From: Candidatus Bathyarchaeota archaeon
GTDB taxonomy: Archaea > Thermoproteota > Bathyarchaeia > 40CM-2-53-6
Direction: 5' to 3'
Assembly: GCA_963833125.1 (NCBI GenBank)
Contig: CAWHWX010000032.1
Coordinates: 1-64,000, forward strand
Length of the DNA: 64,000 nucleotides
Below the pieces are notes generated by a model, which was given only the letters and a program-made list of their open reading frames with translations, searched no databases and was not told where the DNA came from. The position numbers and the translations under genes were made by a program. Positions within the stretch are counted from its first letter, which is position 1, and every line of letters starts with the position of its first letter. Positions 31,775-41,845 of the stretch are shown piece after piece.

Positions 31775-31888
31775 GATAATTTGCCTTAACCCATCGTAGT
31801 CTCCGACGTAGGTATGCCTTTCGCTGCCTTGTCAGGGTTGGAAGGAAACAACGTTTAGGGCGACCTCGGCAAATCATAAGGAGAAGGT

Positions 31889-33286
31889 GTGTGGTGGTTG
31901 CGCGACGGAAAGAAACTCAGAAAGGAACTCGAACGCTTCCTAACAAGCGAACGTGTCTTCACCAAAACCAAGATTCCTGCAAAGTATCGTTTCGATGCCC
32001 TGAGGCCCTACCGACCGTACCCTCGACTCAGGAAGCGGGGCTACGCCCCAACCTTCCTTGTTAAGCCTGAAACCGATGCTCAAATCTCCGATGTAGTTCG
32101 AGTTGCACGCCGGTACCGTTGCCCAGTTGTAACCTATGGTGGTGGGACGGGGTTGATGGGTGCCGCGATAGCTGTAGGCGGAGGAATTATGGTTGATACG
32201 AGCAGAATGAACCAGATCGAAGAGATTTCGAAAGAGGACATGATACTCCGAGCGCGTCCAGGTGTAGTTTTGGAGGAAGCTTACGTGAGGCTTGACCGGG
32301 ACCACCTATTGTTCGCGCATGATCCTTGGACGAGGCCAATAGCCACCATTGGCGGTGCTATCTCGACGAACAGTCTTGGGTATATTGGTGCAAAATACGG
32401 AAGCATTGGGGCTCAGTTGCTCGGGGTTGAGGCGGTCCTTCCGAACGGAGACTTACTGAAAACCCGTTCTGCGCAATTTTCATCAACTGGATTCGATTTG
32501 AGGCGGTTGTTCATCGGCACAGAGGGGCTCTTTGGAGTAATCACGTCTGCGGTCGTCCGTGCATTTCCGAAACCGGAAACTATGAGGTTGATGAGCTATG
32601 GATTCCCATCTTTCGAGAAAGCCCACCGCGCTATTAGCCTCATGCGAAGAGGCGATGTTAGACCGAGCATGATCGATTACGGTGAAGAACCAGGTTCCAA
32701 GGGAGAAAGTCAGCTTAACTTGGCATTCGACGGTCTTGAGAGGGAGGTTTTGGCTCAAACCGAGAGAGCGGAACAGGTGATCTCGGAACGTGGTGGAAAC
32801 AAACTTGATGACGGGGATGGTCGGGAGTTCTGGGATCACCGTCACGATATTGCGCTCATGTATAGCCGCAGAGTTTCGAACACGGCCTCGGAGGAGGAGC
32901 CTCGAACGAAGTATGATTACATAAGCGTCTCCCTGCCAGCCTCGAAGATTCTGGGATTCCGCACCGAACTTCTGAGGATTGCTCGAGAGGGTGGGGTGAA
33001 TGTTCTTGAGGTAGGTTTGTGGCAGGGTCCAGAACTCCTCTCTCTAGTTCTCTCTTCGAAAGCCGCCGACCCGAAGATTGCTACAAAGAAACTGTGGCGT
33101 GCGTCAAACCTCATCCTCCGTTCCGCACAAGATTTGGGAGGCGCTATGGAATTTTGCCATGGGGTTGGTATGAAGCTCGCCCATTTAATGGAGCGTGAGC
33201 ATGGCGTGGGTTTGGAGGTTATGCGGCAGCTGAAAAGAACCATTGACCCGCTTGGAATAATGAACCCTGGAAAATGGTCGCTATGA
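31889..33286 (+). CDS. FAD-binding oxidoreductase (GlcD/alkyl-DHAP synthase family)
   Basis: YGGGTGL, ATIGGAISTN, IGTEGLFGVIT, HGVG, DPLGIMNPGK. Confidence 0.9.
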   Translation: MWWLRDGKKLRKELERFLTSERVFTKTKIPAKYRFDALRPYRPYPRLRKRGYAPTFLVKPETDAQISDVVRVARRYRCPVVTYGGGTGLMGAAIAVGGGIMVDTSRMNQIEEISKEDMILRARPGVVLEEAYVRLDRDHLLFAHDPWTRPIATIGGAISTNSLGYIGAKYGSIGAQLLGVEAVLPNGDLLKTRSAQFSSTGFDLRRLFIGTEGLFGVITSAVVRAFPKPETMRLMSYGFPSFEKAHRAISLMRRGDVRPSMIDYGEEPGSKGESQLNLAFDGLEREVLAQTERAEQVISERGGNKLDDGDGREFWDHRHDIALMYSRRVSNTASEEEPRTKYDYISVSLPASKILGFRTELLRIAREGGVNVLEVGLWQGPELLSLVLSSKAADPKIATKKLWRASNLILRSAQDLGGAMEFCHGVGMKLAHLMEREHGVGLEVMRQLKRTIDPLGIMNPGKWSL

Positions 33287-33319
33287 CCTCGCGCAGTTTC
33301 GCGTGGATCGGGTGAGGTT

Positions 33320-34606
33320 ATGGCGAATAAGCGGTATGATGTGCTCGTTGTTGGAGCGGGAATCATTGGTTTATCCTCGGCTTATCACATCAAACAAAAC
33401 CATCCAGACCTCTCGGTTCTAATCATTGACCGTGCCCCTGCGGCGGGGCAGGGGGACACGGCGAAGAGTAATGCCGCATTACGTGACACATTCACGTCAC
33501 ACGTGAACCGAACACTCGCACGAAGCTCGATAGAGTTCTACAAACACGTACAATCCGAAATCGGTTTCAACCTAAACCTAGACCTGGTCGGGTACCTTTG
33601 GTTGCTCAGCAAAGACCAGGTTCGAGAGTATGAAGCGGTTGAGACTGAGATGAGGGAGCAGGGAACTCGCCTTCGAACCGTTGAATCAAATGAACTCGGC
33701 GCCCTGATCCCAGACCTTGTGATGCAACCTTCTTCACAACAGAGTAGGCTCATGGAATTGGAAAACGTGGAAAAGGGACTCTTCGGCATCGATTGCGGTA
33801 TCGTCGCCCCCGAATTGATCGTTAAGTTCTACGAAAACGAACTCACGAAACTCGGCGCGAAATTTCAGTTCGGCACGGAAGCACAAGGAATACGGTTAGG
33901 GGCAAAGAAGAGTCTGGGTCTTCCCGGAGAACCCTTTGTCTGGCAGGAGAAAAACATCAAGGAAATCGACACGAACCGTGGCCCAATCTCGGCGGACGTG
34001 ATCGTCCTTTCCGCCGGAACAAGGAACCCACTCCTACTCGACCCGGTAGGCATAGATTGTATGATTAAACCTCGCAAAAACCAGCTCTTCCAATTGCGCG
34101 CACCGGGCCTTCAGCGATTGCTGAAGACGAAAGGTTTCAACGAACAGAACATAATCCCATTCACAATCCTACCAAAAGGAGAAGTCTACCTGAGGCCTGC
34201 GCCGAGGGAGAGCAGCCTATGGATTGCCGCGGCGGTAGGACTCGGACAACCGTTCAGGCTCGAAGAGGAACCCGCCGCAGACGGAGCATTCTACACGCAG
34301 AACATATACCCAGTTCTGAGCGAGTATTTCCCCTGCTTTACCGATCTTCGGCCGGTAAACATGTGGGCTGGCTTTTACGACGTCAACTCCCTAGACTCAA
34401 CCCCGATCGTGGCTAGGATAGGAAACTGCATAATCACCGCGGGCTTGAGTGGGAGCGGAATCATGAAAGCCGACTCCGTAGGTCGCATAGCGGCCGCCCT
34501 TTTCGACGACAAAGAGGAAGCGACATTGTTCGGCAATCGCTGCATCTCAACTATGAAATTGGGACTTGTTAACCGAGCCGTTGAGAAAGAAAAATTCGTA
34601 ATCTAG
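33320..34606 (+). CDS. FAD-dependent oxidoreductase (DAO/sarcosine oxidase beta family)
   Basis: VVGAGIIG, WAGFYD, GLSGSGIM. Confidence 0.88.
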   Translation: MANKRYDVLVVGAGIIGLSSAYHIKQNHPDLSVLIIDRAPAAGQGDTAKSNAALRDTFTSHVNRTLARSSIEFYKHVQSEIGFNLNLDLVGYLWLLSKDQVREYEAVETEMREQGTRLRTVESNELGALIPDLVMQPSSQQSRLMELENVEKGLFGIDCGIVAPELIVKFYENELTKLGAKFQFGTEAQGIRLGAKKSLGLPGEPFVWQEKNIKEIDTNRGPISADVIVLSAGTRNPLLLDPVGIDCMIKPRKNQLFQLRAPGLQRLLKTKGFNEQNIIPFTILPKGEVYLRPAPRESSLWIAAAVGLGQPFRLEEEPAADGAFYTQNIYPVLSEYFPCFTDLRPVNMWAGFYDVNSLDSTPIVARIGNCIITAGLSGSGIMKADSVGRIAAALFDDKEEATLFGNRCISTMKLGLVNRAVEKEKFVI

Positions 34607-34657
34607 AGGGCAAGCGGAAATACAATTTAAGACAGACTGACTGAGCGTAAGGACGGC

Positions 34658-34769
34658 GCCTCGGTGGCTCAGCCTGGTAGATTACCTATACGGTAACTGG
34701 GAAGCGGCCGCCTCGTAACTCACGCAAGAAAGCGGCAGGTCGCGGGTTCAAACCCCGCCCGAGGCTCCA
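34658..34769 (+). tRNA. tRNA-Thr(CGT) with a D-arm intron (~34681-34702) and a canonical 37/38 intron (34718-34730), encoded CCA
   Basis: Spliced 77 nt: GCCTCGG TG GCTC AGCCTGGTA GAGC G GCCGC CTCGTAA GCGGC AGGTC GCGGG TTCAAAC CCCGC CCGAGGC TCCA; TTTAA box upstream. Confidence 0.92.
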
Positions 34770-34790
34770 AAACCCGAACCCATACGCATT

Positions 34791-34855
34791 TGTAGATTCT
34801 CATACTGTTTGTCAAATTCTCATACACCGTGTCATTTCTCTCAAACTGCGTGTCA
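34791..34855 (+). repeat. Tn7-family transposon end: 8-bp terminus + three TnsB-type sites
   Basis: TGTAGATT, then CTCATAC-TGTT-TGTCA, CTCATAC-ACCG-TGTCA and CTCAAAC-TGCG-TGTCA at 20-21 bp period; candidate TSD GCATT at 34786-34790. Confidence 0.8.
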
Positions 34856-35057
34856 CTGCGGTTGTTGACTTAATCTGATAAGCCAACTAGAAAAGAGAAA
34901 CGCCATCCCGCAATTGTCTTCTACAGTTACGGGGAGCTAGCCATGATAGTCCACAGATAGATTGAGGAGGTTGCGGGACTATGAATGATTACTCGTTGGA
35001 TCGATAAGCGCTAGTTTTAAGCGGTTGATGCGTCACTATCAGAAGTGTTTGCCCGCC

Positions 35058-36128
35058 ATGAACCCGAAATTCGTTGATCTCTTCTCGGGCATTGGCCTCG
35101 GATCTTTGGGTCTCGTTAGAGCCGGGTTCGAGATCGCTGCGGCAGTAGATATTGATCCAGAAGCGTGCGCGGTCTATAAGGAGAACCTTGGAGTCGAACC
35201 CATTGTGGGTGACCTGCGGCACTTATCGGGGTCTGACATACTGAAACGGATCGGTCTCCGACGATGGAGAATTATCGCTGTGCGTGGGTTGTCCTCCGTG
35301 TCAAGGGTTCTCAACTCTGAGGAAGACGCGGCTCAAGAAATGGGAGAGAGATGGGCGCAAATCGCTGCTGAAAGTGTTTGCCCAGCGCGTGTGGACGAGC
35401 TCTTTCCGAAAATCGTAGTTTTCGAGAATGTGAGAGGAATAACACTTGGACAGAACCGCAGATTCTTGAAGGATTTTATGGCTCACATGAAGCGTCTCGG
35501 TTACTATCTCGACTTCAGGGTCTTGGACTCGGCGTATTACGGCGTGCCCCAGCACCGGCTCAGATTCATCCTAGTAGGGAGCAGGGAACTTCCTCCGAGT
35601 CTTCCGGAGGAGACGCACTCGAACCCGAGGTCTGACAACGAGAAGCCGCGGTGGAAGACCGTCAGGGACGCGATCGCAGACTTGCCCCCCCTTGAAGCCG
35701 GTCAGAGAGACGAAAACATTGCGCTTCATGAGGCAGCCGCACATTCGGAGAACGCGCTCAGAATAATATGCAGTATCCCGGCAAACGGAGGCGGGAGAAA
35801 GAGCCTTCCCAAGAAACTATGGCTGCCGTGCCACAGGAGGCTTGCGAAGAGGAAGCAGCGCGGAGCGGAGAGCATCTATGGGAGGATGCGGTGGGACGAG
35901 CCTTCCCCGACTATAACCACCAGAAGTCACATTCCAAGCTGCGGCCGATTCGTACACCCTTCGCAAAACCGTGGCATCACGCTGCGGGAGGCAGCGCGGC
36001 TGCAGAACATACCAGACGACTTCAAGATTCGGGCACGTGCCAAGGACCAAGCCGCTATTTGGATTGGCAACGCGATGCCACTTGCCCTGGCAGAAGCGCT
36101 AGGCCGGGAAATAATTCATCTCATTTAA
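35058..36128 (+). CDS. dcm: DNA (cytosine-5) methyltransferase (compensating internal frameshifts)
   Basis: DLFSGIG, catalytic GCPPCQGFS in a shifted frame near 35290, FENV, GVPQHR, LREAARLQ, IGNAMP. Confidence 0.92.
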   Translation: MNPKFVDLFSGIGLGSLGLVRAGFEIAAAVDIDPEACAVYKENLGVEPIVGDLRHLSGSDILKRIGLRRWRIIAVRGLSSVSRVLNSEEDAAQEMGERWAQIAAESVCPARVDELFPKIVVFENVRGITLGQNRRFLKDFMAHMKRLGYYLDFRVLDSAYYGVPQHRLRFILVGSRELPPSLPEETHSNPRSDNEKPRWKTVRDAIADLPPLEAGQRDENIALHEAAAHSENALRIICSIPANGGGRKSLPKKLWLPCHRRLAKRKQRGAESIYGRMRWDEPSPTITTRSHIPSCGRFVHPSQNRGITLREAARLQNIPDDFKIRARAKDQAAIWIGNAMPLALAEALGREIIHLI

Positions 36129-36159
36129 GCGTCCGCCCAACTATACGGCATTGGTCTGA

Positions 36160-36591
36160 ATGCCGCGCCGAAGGGACAAGTTCTCGAAGGCGAAGCGCAG
36201 CCTAGTCATGTCCCAAATCCGGAGTAAGAACACCGGGCTGGACGTTTCGATGCGGAGAACTCTGCGGAAGGCCGAGATCAAGTTTGAGGCTTACCCCAAA
36301 ATGTACGGCAACCCCGACTTCCTAGTCGAACAATGCATCGCTCTGTTTTGCGACAGCAGTTTCTGGCACGGACGAAACTGGAGAAAACTGAAGCAGCAGC
36401 TCACGAATGGTTCGAACGCGAAATACTGGGTCGAGCACATAGCTAAGAACAGAAGCCGAGACCGGCTCGTGAATGCGACGCTCCGAAGGCACGGGCTCAA
36501 GGTGATCAGGTTTTGGGATGATGAAATATTCAAGCGTCCAGAGGCTTGCGTGAGAAGAATTAAAGCCGCCAAGCGGCTTATGTCGACTTAA
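36160..36591 (+). CDS. vsr: Very short patch repair endonuclease
   Basis: RSLVMSQIRSKNT, GNPDF, FCDSSFWHG, NRSRD. Confidence 0.92.
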   Translation: MPRRRDKFSKAKRSLVMSQIRSKNTGLDVSMRRTLRKAEIKFEAYPKMYGNPDFLVEQCIALFCDSSFWHGRNWRKLKQQLTNGSNAKYWVEHIAKNRSRDRLVNATLRRHGLKVIRFWDDEIFKRPEACVRRIKAAKRLMST

Positions 36592-36612
36592 GCAATTGAG
36601 AGTGCGAGTTGC

Positions 36613-38614
36613 TTGACCGATCCTCATTCGCCATATGTGATGACGATCTCCCGAACGACCGTAGACAAATTGGGAATCAAACTGTACGACAAGGCGTCCG
36701 CCGTGGTTGCGGAACTCATAGCGAACGCCTACGACGGAGACGCCGAGAACGTGACTGTAAAGATACCACTAAACCGCTGGCTGTCCACAAAGTCTGAAGG
36801 GAAGGTGGTCGATCAGGGCCTAGAAATATCCGTTGAGGACGACGGGCACGGAGTAGAGCCCGGTCGTGTCAACGGCTTTTACCTCACGGTGGGAAAAAAC
36901 CCTCGAGAGGACCCCGGGAGAGGGCCGGTTTCGCCCGAGAAGAAGCGGCCGATATTCGGGCGCAAGGGCATAGGTAAACTCGCGGCCCTTCGGCATCTGC
37001 AAAATCATCGAGGTTGATTTTACCGGAGGAACGAAAGACGAAGCGAATCCAGCGCGGGAGTATCGTATCGCGCACTTCATCCTGAACTATGACGAGATAA
37101 ATTTCGACACCGACGAGCCCTACTACCCGAAGGTTGGGAAAGATGACGGCAAGTTATCGACCAAGAGAGGAACGGTCGTAACACTCAGAAACTTCCTCTA
37201 CAGACGCACTCCGGACGAAGAAACTTTCCGTCACCAGCTACAGCGGATCTTCGGCCTCCAGCTCCCGGATTTCAAGATCGTGGTCGAGAACACCGAGACA
37301 GGGAACAAATTCGTCGTCGGTCAGCTCGATGTTGAGATCGAGGAGGAGACGAAGATCACGGTGGACGACAGGCCCGTCGAGATGCCTGACCACTCTATCC
37401 TGCCCGTCAGCGGATACGTCGCTTACGCCAAGAAGCCCTACAAATACGAGGAGGTGGCAGGGGTGCGGATCTACGCTAGAGGAAAACTCGTCTCATCAAC
37501 GAGAGATTTCGGACTGAAGGCAGGGTTCACAGGAGAACACACGCTAAGGTCGTACCTGACAGGCGAGATACACGCGGACTGGCTAGACGATGAAGAGGAT
37601 CTCATCCACACGGGTCGCCAAGACATACTATGGGACTCAGAAAGAGGAGAGCCGTTCAAGGCTTGGGGGCAGACGCTCCTCAAAGAGCTCGGAAAGAAAG
37701 CATGGACTCCGATGAAGCAGAAAGCTTACAAAGTGTTCCTTGAGAAGTCCGACCTTGAAACCAAGGTTTGGGATCGATTCGGTAAGACACCTGTCGCAGA
37801 TACGGCCATGGCTCTCGGCAAGGCCATCGGCCAGATTGCCGCTATAGAAAGCTTAGACGATCCAGAGTATGTCAAAAGACTGACTGAGATTGTACTCACG
37901 ACAGCGCCCCATAAGATGCTCGTAGACACACTCACTGAGATCGCCGAGACGGCGGTCGAGGGTCCGCTGGATGTCGTCGTCGGGCTGTTCAACGACGCGG
38001 GACTCGCAGAAGCGGCCTCGATGGGCCAGATAGCCCTTGAGAGAGTCGATGCCATCGAGAAGCTCGAAGAGAAGCTCGGTGCTAACCCTCCGGGGTATGA
38101 GAAAGAGCTACAGAAAATTCTGGAAAAATCTCCCTGGCTGATGCACCCGGAGTGGACAGTTCTTCAAGCGAATAAGCCATTTGAAGAACTCCGCACCGCC
38201 TTCGAGAAATGGTACGAGCTCAAATACAACAAGAAGATAGCCACGAAATCGATTGATTTGCAGACGAAGCCGGATTTCATAATGCTCGCGGTTTCCACCA
38301 CCGTGGAGATCGTGGAAATTAAGAAGGCACAATGGGCGCTTACCGACGAGGAGTTCAGCAGGCTGCGAGGCTACTACGACGCCATAGAGCAGTTCATGAA
38401 GGACAACCCGGATTTCAGAAAAGAATTCCCGCGAACACACCTCACACTCATCTGCGACAAAGTGAACCTCTCAAGAAACATCCAACTGGCCTTCGAGAAA
38501 CTAGAGGGCGATGGTGTGTTGACCCGGAAGACTTGGTGGGAAACGCTAGCAAAAACGAAAAAAGTACACGAACAGTTCTTAGAGCAACACCAGCGTCCAG
38601 CAGCGCCGCCTTAA
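36613..38614 (+). CDS. GHKL (HATPase_c_3/MORC-like) ATPase fused to C-terminal PD-(D/E)XK nuclease (frameshift near 36990)
   Basis: ELIANAYD, EDDGHG, GRKGIGKLA; C-terminal EKELQ..L...PWL, KPDF...IVEIKK. Confidence 0.8.
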
Positions 38615-38692
38615 GTCCTGGAAATTCCTTGCTTAACACATTGGCGCGACTCCGCAGCGCCCTCGATAAGCTATGCTAGTCCCATACTGTCG

Positions 38693-38851
38693 TCACTTAG
38701 GCTTCCTTCGGACAATCATTGCGCTATCAGTTATTCCTACTAGAACAAGATCTCCTTCTTTGATCGAGAGTGCCTTCGCAACCTCCTTTGGGATTGTCAT
38801 TCTTAACGAACCGTGGACGCGATTAATCTTAACCTCGAATTCTATTGGCAT
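38693..38851 (-). CDS. AbrB/MazE-like DNA-binding protein
   Basis: GSLRMTIPKEVAKALSIKEGDLV. Confidence 0.85.
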   Translation of the reverse strand: MPIEFEVKINRVHGSLRMTIPKEVAKALSIKEGDLVLVGITDSAMIVRRKPK

Positions 38852-38866
38852 CTTAATCGGCAAAAC

Positions 38867-38942
38867 TTCCATATACAAACCATATACTTAAATAACGCCA
38901 AATACTAGGTATTTGGATAGTATATGGGCAGGATGTATGGAA
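38867..38942. promoter_or_regulatory. Nested palindrome in divergent promoter (putative AbrB operator)
   Basis: CCATATACT..CCAAATAC-TAG-GTATTTGG..AGTATATGG. Confidence 0.55.
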
Positions 38943-39068
38943 ATTGCCAATCGTAATTGTCGAAGCGAAGAATCGTGATGCGTGGGAAATTGCTGAAGAA
39001 ATTCGCGTAATCCTCGGTCAGCGAGCCAAGGTTGTCGAAACATAGCGGTGGATTTCCTCAAGGAGGAT

Positions 39069-39766
39069 ATGAATACTCACAACATCCGTGATTTGTGCAC
39101 ATAATCAGGATGCACGTACGTGTTCGAATTGCATTGAACTGCTACCCGCCTCATTCTGGGACAGACTAACGTGGAGGCGCTTCTCTCCAGGCATTGGCAT
39201 CTATCATGTGACCGAACTGACACAATGCTTGGCTCGAGCATACTTCGAGAGAACCAAACCCACTCAAGAAACGGTCGAATCCGCATGGGCAAAATTGCGA
39301 GGTTCCTTGCTTCACTACGCGGATAGGTCACTAGGCTGGAGCGAACTTCGGTGTCAAAATGAACTTCGAGCACGATAACGAAACAATCACAATTGTTGGC
39401 CAAGTTGACGCGTACGATCCCGAAACAGCGACCATCTATGATCTTAAGACATCACGTTTTGTTAAATGGCAACATGAGAAAGGCTTCCTCCCTCGACAAA
39501 ACCATCGCGCACAGATCCAGTCCTATTACACCATGTTGGATTCGTACGCTATCCCAATAAAACGGCTTGTCTTGATCTATGTGGACGACAAGAATATCCT
39601 CGCCAAAGAAGTTCCACTAGGTTACCGCAAGGAATGGATGATCCGGAGAGCTTCGATTCTGCATAGGGCGTTGAGTGGGAGTCAGATTCCTAAACCCGAA
39701 CCTGACAATTGGTGCAAGTACTGTCCGTTCGTTCAAGTCTGCCCGGCGAAGGGAGGTGCAACCTGA
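39069..39766 (+). CDS. Cas4-like PD-(D/E)XK nuclease with Fe-S cysteines (frameshifts near 39087 and 39350)
   Basis: GGAGG SD; HVTELTQCLARAYF, RGSLLH, GQVDAY, IYDLKT, QIQSY, CKYCPFVQVC. Confidence 0.8.
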
Positions 39767-40994
39767 ATGGGTGGATGCCTCCCCGTACACCCACAGCCAC
39801 GTGAGGGTGAATCGCTCACATCATGGATTGATCACGTTACACGATGCAATGGCATTACAATTCGACAGTTGTTGTCACATTGGGTGAGCGAGGCTGACTG
39901 GAGATACAGGGACCTTGACTTTCTGAAAATAGACGAGCTGAGAATACTTGCCGACCTTGCACGCGTTCAAGGTGGAACGGGCAAGCTGCGCAGTATGGTA
40001 CTAACACCCTGGAAGGCGGTATTCTCAGAACCTAGGAACGAAATGGATCGCAAAGGTTGGGTTTGCTCGCGAGCGACAATTCGATATTGTCCAATCTGCT
40101 TACAAATTGAAGAGCCATACTTCAGGTTATCGTGGCGCCTCCTCTTCCTTCCCCTCTGCGGCCGTCATGGGGTAGTGCTGCAAAGGGGCTCCTCGAGAAT
40201 TATGCCAAATCCGAGTGAAGCGCCTCTGATTAAACCAACTAACTGCACCCTATTGTCACGTTTTAGTTCTTCTGGAATTGGAATTCTTGAATCACAAGCT
40301 CTTTCCCAGGGTTTTGGCTGGTCAGATAGTGGACAGGAATTTTTCCTTGTCCTTCTTACCCTGGTGAGGTACCTCAATCTCTACTTGCAACGCCGAACCG
40401 CTTTGGATAAGCGATTTGAAAGCCCACGGACTGCCTACCGCACCGCCTTTCGATTGGCGAAAGAATGAGGCTGTAGCGGTGCTTCTGATTGAAAGAGCTC
40501 TTGGTCTAGTTGAGGAATGGCCGAGAAATATCGGGAGGTTTGTCCGAGCGAATAGAACCCGCTTCAACAGATTACGCGTGGAGTATGCTGCCCACTTCCC
40601 TAAGACACTAAGGGCTCTGAACGCGGAAAACATCGAACATAATGCTATCAGCAGCGTTGAACATGAGATTGAAAATTTACCTGATTACAAGGAACGCCCA
40701 GACGAAGACCGAGTAAGACGCGCCGTTCAATACTTGCTGGAAACAAACGTTCCAGTCTCCCTAAGAGAGGTCGGTAAAATCACTAAAGTGAGTTTCGAAC
40801 AGCTGAAGAACGAGGAAAAACTGAACAAAATCGTACTAGAAGGAAAGCGAGTGTTCAGATTTAAGCAAGAAGATGAGATTCAAAACGCCATTACGGTGTT
40901 GCGTGGAAGGGGACTATATCCATCGGTCGGGGCTATTGCTACATATCTTGGAAGATCTCATCGATATCTGCATTCACATAAGATCAGAACATGA
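39767..40994 (+). CDS. tniQ: TniQ/TnsD-like target selector with C-terminal HTH-like extension (frameshift near 40400)
   Basis: LPVHPQPREGESLTSWI, YCPICL...YFRLSWRL...CGRH; starts immediately after the Cas4-like stop (TGAATG). Confidence 0.82.
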
Positions 40995-41013
40995 GAAAAG
41001 ATAGAGAGTAATT

Positions 41014-41751
41014 TTAATCCTTCAACGCAGAAACCGCCCAATCAATAGAGTCCTGGAGGCCACTGCCAGGACTCTTCTTCTCAATGAGTACGGCAGCCGT
41101 CTTTATGTTGACTTTTTCATTGATAACCTTCAAAAACTGTTCCAATTTTGAAAAAGCATCCCGGGTCGAGCCATCTTCGACGACGACCATCAACACGCCT
41201 TGTAAACCCTCCCATATGTTTTCCACATGACCCCCGTCCTGAAGGTCCAGCAGCTTGCCTCCTAAAGCGAGGATATCTTCATCCACAAGATTGTCTAATA
41301 CAATAATCCCCAGGAAACGCGCATTGCCTCCTACCGAAATACTATCGTCGTAAGTATATACAATGTCAAAATTGTGGATGAAAGTTGTACCTTTCACCTT
41401 AAGATGCTCATCAGTTTGAACATTGAATGATGTTCTTACATTCAGCAGTTCTCCTATGACGAAACCTCTAGTCGGGTAGTATAACTTTGCAATAATACTT
41501 TCAACAACGGATTTTCGCTTCGGAACAACTCGATAGATTTTTCTTCTTCCTTCGCTTTTGATCGCTACCAGAGACAGAAGCCTTAATCGCTGCAATACGA
41601 GATGGATTGACGGCTGCTTTTTGTGAAGCGCTTTTGCGATCTCGGCCTCAGTAACTCCGTCGGTTTCGATTATGAACTTGGTCGATTCGGCTAAGACCGG
41701 GCTTTCCCGCAGGATAGCATAGAGCTCAGCCTCACTGATCCCTTGGCTCAT
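41014..41751 (-). CDS. ArsR-like wHTH regulator with C-terminal restriction-fold-like domain
   Basis: EAEIAKALHKKQPSIHLVLQRL...EGRRKIYRV; VKGTTFIHNFDIV. Confidence 0.6.
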   Translation of the reverse strand: MSQGISEAELYAILRESPVLAESTKFIIETDGVTEAEIAKALHKKQPSIHLVLQRLRLLSLVAIKSEGRRKIYRVVPKRKSVVESIIAKLYYPTRGFVIGELLNVRTSFNVQTDEHLKVKGTTFIHNFDIVYTYDDSISVGGNARFLGIIVLDNLVDEDILALGGKLLDLQDGGHVENIWEGLQGVLMVVVEDGSTRDAFSKLEQFLKVINEKVNIKTAAVLIEKKSPGSGLQDSIDWAVSALKD

Positions 41752-41780
41752 GAGGCAAGTCAGAGTGAAGCCACACTTTT

Positions 41781-41822
41781 AACATTACCTCTAATGTTAT
41801 ATTATAGATGCTATTATAACAT
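41781..41822. promoter_or_regulatory. AT-rich inverted repeats in the divergent promoter of the regulator and tnsA
   Basis: AACATTA-CCTC-TAATGTT and ATGTTATA...TATAACAT. Confidence 0.5.
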
Positions 41823-41845
41823 AATATTCGAGATGATGTGATGTA

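Noticed and set aside
34791-34860. Periodic repeats considered as a mini CRISPR array for the Cas4-like gene
   Set aside because: Period is only 20-21 bp with no spacer-length unique segments; it fits transposase binding sites.
35260-35400. Dcm apparently lacking the catalytic PC motif
   Set aside because: GCPPCQGFS is present in another frame between two compensating indels; likely a sequence error.
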